A program made the translations under genes and the position numbers. DNA of 64,000 nt. Origin: Rebecca billardiae RCC1528. Taxonomy: Eukaryota; Protista; Haptophyta. Positions 58,159-64,000 of this stretch are shown here, piece by piece (positions within the stretch are counted from its first letter, which is position 1; each line of letters starts with the position of its first letter). A model generated the notes under the pieces. The model saw only the letters and a list, made by a program, of their open reading frames with translations. It was not told the origin of the DNA and did no database searches. The stretch is taken from the NCBI GenBank assembly GCA_965240325.2, contig OZ251236.1, forward strand, positions 1,798,001 through 1,862,000, given 5' to 3'.

Positions 58159-60182
58159 TTAGTAGTCCGAGTCGAGGTCCTCGATCTCGTCAGAGTCCGC
58201 GTCCGCGGCCTGCGACTCGTCCGCGTGCGCAGCCGGCCTGCTCGGCGGCGGCGGCTGGTGCTCGGCGGCACCGGGCGGCGCCGGCGCGACAGGTGCCGCC
58301 ACTGCCACGAGCGCCACGCCCACGGGCGCGGCGGGCGCTGCGGGCGCGAGCGCGGGCTGCGGCGGGCCGAGTGGCTGGGCGGCCGTCGGCGCGGCGAGGA
58401 TCGGGGTGGCGGACACGACGGGCGTGGGCAGCGGCGCGGCGGGCACCGCGCCGCCCGCAGCCGCGCCCGGCGCGGTGCTCGCCTCGTGCGCGCGCTTGCC
58501 CAGCACGGGCGGCGGCGGCGCGGCCGCGGCCGCGCCGCCACCTCCGCGGCCGCGCCCACGCCCGCGCCCGCCGGGCGGCGCGCCCGCGGCGGTCGTCGTC
58601 GTCGGCGTGGGCGGCGCGAGCGGCAGGCTGAGGTCGAGCTGCGCGCCCAGCGCCACGAGCAGGGGCGCGCCCAGCCACGCCGCGTCCGCCGCGCCGCCCA
58701 TCCTTGCGCTGAGCACGGCGACCGCCGAGCGCCTGAACGCGGCCACGTCGAGCGCCAGCCGCGCGCGCTCTTTCACCGCGGGCGCCAGCCGCCACAGCAG
58801 CGCCCCCGCGCGCAGGCAGAGGCCGCGGTGGTGGCGCGCCGTCCAGAGGCGCGGCGCGCACAGGTCGGGGCTGGGGTGTGGGCTGGGGCGGCCCGCCTCC
58901 GCGCCTCTGGCCTCGCCCCTGGCCTCGCCGCGCTCCGCCGAGAGGTGCGCGCGCGAGTACGCCATGCGCCAGGAGAAGCGCACCGCGCCGAGCGACGGGC
59001 GCGCGCCGCCCGCGCCGTCGCCGCCGCCGCCCGCCTCTGCGCCCGCCTCTGCGCCCGGCTGCGCGCCCTGCGTGCCGAGTGCCCCGTGCGCGCCCTGCAG
59101 TGCCCCCTGCGCGCCCGGCTGCGCGCCCTGCGTGGTGAGTGCCGCCTGCGCGCCCTCCCACGCGCGGATGAGCGCCTGCGGCCGCTCGACGTACAGCGCA
59201 GCGCACAGCAGCGCGAACGCCTCCTCCACGTCGCCCAGCGCCTCGGCCGCCTCGGCGCGCGCCACGTGCGCGGCCGAGAGCGCGGGCGCGCGCGCGTACG
59301 CCGCCGCCAGCCCGCTGGCCGCGTCCGCGAGCACGGCGCGCGCGCGGCGTGCGCGGCGCGCCGATTCGGTCTCGGCCGCTGCGGCCGCGGGGCGGCGCGC
59401 GGGCTGCTCGCAGGCGGAGCCGTCCGGCTCGGAGGGGTGCGCCTCGAGCGCGTCGAGCAGCGCGTCCGCCGCCGCCTCGTCCGCGCTGCGCGCCGCGCCG
59501 CCGCCGCCGCCGCGCGCGGGCGACGCGGCGTGCGCGGCCGCGCGGCGCGTGCCCGCGCGCGCGCCCGCGCCGGCCTCGCTCGGCGCGGGCTCAGCGGCGG
59601 CGGCGGCGGCGGCGGTGGCGGGCGCGCCGTCGGCCGGCACGGGCGCGGCCCCGCCCCCGCCCACCCCTTCGGCGGCCCCGCCGCCCGCCTGCCCCGCCGC
59701 CGCGCGCAGCAGCCCCATCGCCATCTCCGCGCGCGCGCCGTGCAGCGCGCACAAGCCGTCCGCCAGCCGCGGGCAGCGGCCGCGCGCGCCGCGCGTGCGC
59801 CGCGCCGCCTCCTCGGCGCGCGCGTGGCCGAGCGCGGCCGCGAGCAGCTCGAGCTGCTGCGCGGGGGGGGCGAGCAGCGCGGCGCTCAGCCGCGCGGCGA
59901 GGAGCGCGCACAGCCAGCGCGCCGCGCGCGACGGGCCGTGCGCGTGCGCGTGCGCGTGCGCCGCGCCCGCGCCCGCCTCGCCGGCCGCGCCCGCGCACGC
60001 GTGCGCCCGCAGCGTGCGGAGGCAGCGGCGCGCCCACGGCTGCGCAGCCTCGAGCGCGGGCGCGAGCGGCGCGGCCTCGCGCACGGCCGCGGGCACGGAC
60101 GCCGCCTCCACCACCGCGTTGGCCAGCGTGAGCGCCGCCTCCAGCTGCAGCCCGCCGCCGTCGCCGTCAGCGCCAACGCCGT

Positions 60183-60215
<33 letters not shown>

Positions 60216-61339
60216 GCGGCCGGCGCGGCCGCGGTGCCGCGCAGCGCGCCGCCCAGCCCACCGCGTCGGCCGCGTCGGCGAGCCAGTCGCCCAGGCAGGC
60301 GGCGGCGGCGGCGCAGGCGAGCTCGTCCTCCGCGCCGCCGTCGCCGAGCGCGCGGCCGTCGCCAATCTCGACCGCGAGCCACCAGCGCGCGCGCGCGCAC
60401 TGCGCGCGCACCAGCGCCGCCGCCGCGCGCTCGGCCGCGCCGGCCGCGCCGCCGCCGGCCTCGGCCGCGGCCGCCGCGTCGTCGGCGCCGGCGCCGGCCG
60501 CGGCCGCGTCGGCGGGCGGCGTCGGCGCGGGCGGCGGCGGCGGCACGCGCGCGCGCGCCGCCTCGAGCCGCTCGGCCAGCCCGTGCGCCGCGCGCCTCGC
60601 CGCGACGGCGCGCGCCGCCGTCTCCTCCGCCCCGCCCTGTCCCTCCGCCCACAGCGCGCCCGCCTCCACCGCCGCGGCCGCCAGCGCCGCGCGGCAGCCG
60701 AGGGCGGGCAGCGACAGAGCGGCGCGCGCCTCGGCGCCGCGGACGAGGGCGTCGATGGCGGCCGCCCAGCGCGGCTCGGGCGCGGCGGCGGGCGTGCCGG
60801 CGGCGCCGCCCTCCGCCGCGCGGAGGGGCGGCGGCGCGCGCAGGCACTCCGCGACGGCGCCGACCACGGCGCGCGCCGCGCCCGCGTTCGCGCCCGCCGC
60901 CGCGTCCGGCCGCGCCCCCAGCGGCGGCGTGCGCAGCAGCAGCGCGAGCAGCTGGTGCAGCTCGACGGCGGAGGGGAGCAGCCGCAGCAGCGCGCACCCG
61001 TCCGAGCGCGCGCTCGCGCCCGGCGCCATCGGCAGGCTCGCCAGCCCCACCTCCGCCGCCGCCGCGGCGGCGGCGGCAGCGGCGGCGGCGGCCGCGGCCG
61101 TGGCGGTGGCGGCGCCGCCGCCACCGCCGGCGGGTGCGCGTGCGCCGCGCACAGCGGGCAGCCGCCACTGCGCCGCAAGCCCCGAGAGCGCGCGCAGCGC
61201 GGCGCGCGCGACCTCGTCCGCGCGCCGCGCCTCGCGTCGCGCGCGCCGCGCGCTCGCGCCGCCGCCCGCCTCGCCGCCCGCGCCGGACGAGCCGTCGGAG
61301 GCGGCGGCGCCGCCATCGGCGCCGCCGCCGCCGCCGCTT

Positions 61340-61378
<39 letters not shown>

Positions 61379-62390
61379 GAGTGGCGGTCGGAGGAGCAGC
61401 GGTCGGTGTCGCTGCCGCTGCCCTCGCCCTCGGCTGCGCTGTCCGACTCGCCCGAGTCCGCGCTGCACGCCGCCGCGCCGAGCCGGCCGCTCGCTCGCCG
61501 CGCGCGCGGCGCGCCGCCCGCGCCGCCGCCGCGCGCCGCCGGCGCGAGCGCGGCCGCGCGCAGCGCGCCCGCCGCCGCGGCTGCGATGCGCAGGAAGGCG
61601 AGCGCGGCGGCGGTGCCGACGCCGCCGGTGCGGAACGGCACGGTGACGACGGGCAGCGCGTGCGCGCACAGCCGCACCACGCCCTCCCGCGCGCGCGCCT
61701 CCCCCGCCCCCAGCGCCAGCACCGCGGCCGCGCCCACCGCCACACTCGCCGCATCTGTGAGCAACACGCGCACGCGCGCCGCGCGCGCGTGCGCGCACAG
61801 GGCGCGCGCGGCGGCGGCGAGGGCGAGCGCCGCCGGCCGCGCGTCGAGGCACTCGGCGGGCGGGCCGTCGGGCTCCTCGGTCAGCGCGCGCGCGCTGAAC
61901 GCGCGCAGCGCCGCCGCGCACGCCAGCGCCGCCGCGCGCAGTGCCAGCTGCGCGCGCCGCATCTGCGGGCCGGCGGCGGGCGGCAGCGCGGCACGGCCGC
62001 CGCCGCCGCCGCCGCCGTCGGCGCCGTCGTCGGCGTCGTCGGCGTCGTCGGCGAGCCCGTCGGCGGCGGCGGCGTCGGCGTCAGCGGCGGCGCGCAGCAT
62101 CGGCAGCGAGAAGTACACCTCCTCCAGCGCGAGCGCGAGCAGCGCAGCCAGCGGCAGCGGCAGCGGCGGCGGCAGCGGCTCGAGCGGCGGCGGCAGCGGC
62201 GCGGCGGGGCGCGCGGCCGCGCCGCGCTCCGCGCCCGCGGCGGCCGCGCCCGCGGCCTGCAGGGACAGGCGCGCGCGCGCCTCGCACGCGGCGCAGAACG
62301 CGTCGGCGACGAGCTCGAACGCGCCGCCCAGCTCGGCGCCGCCCGCCGCCGCCGCACCGACCGCGCCGCCCGCCGCCACAGCGCCGCTGA

Positions 62391-62425
<35 letters not shown>

Positions 62426-64000
62426 GCGGCGGCGCCGCCGCCGCCGGGCGCGCACGCGGCCGCGGCCTCGCCGAGCAGCGCGTCGACGGCGTCGAGCGAG
62501 ACGGCGCCGGCGTGCGCGGCGTGCGCGCCGCCCACGTGCACGTACCGCCTCGCGCCCACCTCGCGCAGCGCGCCGCCCAGCCGCGCCAGCTGGCGTGTGC
62601 GCGCCAGCTCTGTGAGCGAGGCGGCCAGCGCGCGCTCCGAGAGGGGAGCTAGCCAGAACCCTCGCAAGGGGGGCGGCGGCGCGGGGGCGTGCGCGGGGGC
62701 GGAGGGCGGGGCGAGCGCGCGCAGCGCCTGGCTGGCGAGCGCCTGCGCCGCCGCGTCGCGCCCCTCGCACCGCGCCAGCGCCTGCAGCGCCGCGAGGCGG
62801 CGCGCGCGCCACGCGGCGGCGCGCTCGCGCGGCGCGGCGGCGGCGCAGCCACCGGCCAAGGCGAGCGTGGCGCGCGCGAGCGCGCTCGCCGAGAGCAGCG
62901 CGCGCGCGTGCGCGGGGCCGAGCGGCGCGCTCGTGCCCGGGCCGCTGCCCGCGTGCTCCGACGCCGCGCCGTCGCCAAGGTTGCCGCCGACGCCGCCGAC
63001 GCCGCCGTCGTCGGCGCCGCCGCCGGCCGCGCGGCCGCGGCCGCGGCCGCGGCCGCGGCCGCGGCCGCCGCGCCCGCGGCCGCGGCCGCGCGCCGCCGCC
63101 GCCTCCGCGCTCGCGGCGGCCGGCGGCGGCACGGCGCCGCCGAGCCGCCCGCCCTCGGCCGCGCCGTCCGCGCCGCCGCCGCCCGCGCCCGCCCCGCCGG
63201 GCCCGAGCCGTGCGCCCGCGGCCGCGCTCGGGCGGTGCGCGTGCTGTGCCCGCTGTGCGCCGTGCGTGTGTGCGCGCGCCTGCAGACGCTCCGCCAGCAG
63301 CTCGGCGACTGCGAGGAGGAGGGCGGGGGCGGCGGGGCCGAGGGCGGCGTCGGCGGTGCGCGCGAGGCTGGCGGGGTGCCAGCACGCGGGCAGCGCGGCA
63401 GCCGCGCCGCCGCCGCCGCCCGTGTCGGCGCCGCCCTCGGCGGCGGCGCCGCGCGCGCCGCCCGCCGCCGCCGCGTCGGCGGCCGCGCCCGCGCCGCCGC
63501 CGCCGCCGCCGCCGCCGCCGTCCGCGCCGCCGTCGCGGCCACCGCCCTCGCGGCTGACGAGGTCGTCGAAGAGCTCGAGGACGGCGTCGCCCAGCTGCGC
63601 CGCGGCGCGCGCGCTCCCGCCGTCGAGCCCGCCCTCCTCGCCGCCGCGCGCCTCGGGCCAGCCGTCCGCCATCGTGCGCAGCGCAGCCCAGCACAGCGCG
63701 CGCAGCGGCAGCGGCGCACGCGCCGCCAGCGCGTCCAGAGAGGCGCACAACGCGGCGGGCGCGGCGGGCGGCTCGGGGGTCGGCGCGGTCGGGGCGCCGC
63801 GCCCGCGGGCCGCGCGGCCGCCCGGCGAGCCGCCGCCGCGCGCGCCGCGCCCGCCGCCGCGCTCGGCGCGCGGCGGCGGCGGCGGCGCGGCGGGCGGCGG
63901 CGCGGCCGCGGCGGCGCGCGCGCACGCGCGCCCGAGCGCGCGCGCGACGCGCGCCACCGCCGCCTCGCCCCACCCGTCGGCGGTGCGCGCGGACGTGCGC
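58159..64000 (-). CDS. 5'-partial large Ala-rich helical protein with GR repeats and acidic tracts, function unknown
   Basis: More than 1,900 codons open to the window end with Leu-rich helical segments, GRGRGR runs, a poly-Asp tract and an acidic C-terminus DSDEIEDLDSDY*. Confidence 0.65.

Noticed and set aside
1-64000. tRNA, rRNA or snRNA genes
   Set aside because: None recognisable by eye; a covariance-model search would be needed to exclude them.

Overview
Very GC-rich, gene-dense eukaryotic nuclear DNA. It has short spliceosomal introns and several genes with signal-peptide plus transit-like leaders, consistent with an alga with a secondary red plastid (haptophyte, possibly Pavlovales-like; this is inference). 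About 19 protein-coding genes can be read. They include a LisH-DYRKP kinase, Aurora kinase, plastid heme oxygenase next to a tandem DUF2470-like protein, ankyrin, GT47 exostosin, MYND finger, type-II NAD(P)H dehydrogenase, condensin CAP-G, plastid EF-G, a RING-CH/DUF179 fusion and a multi-pass TIR-like protein. The standout is a spliced ~5,420-aa polycystin-1-like surface protein (38232-55333): signal peptide, 7-bladed RCC1 propeller, ~2,500-residue (Ser-Pro3)n extensin rod, IPT/TIG domains, REJ, GPS and TM helices. The ORF track misses its N-terminus because five introns split the same Cys codon of the RCC1 blades. Intergenic DNA holds a (TA)n-targeting non-LTR retrotransposon relic with stacked tiny 3' ends, a 1.95-kb TIR/TSD DNA transposon and a palindrome-rich MITE-like element. 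All 15 introns resolved start GTG (12 are GTGCGC). Most long ORFs in the track are GC shadows. All domain calls come from motif recognition by eye, not database searches.
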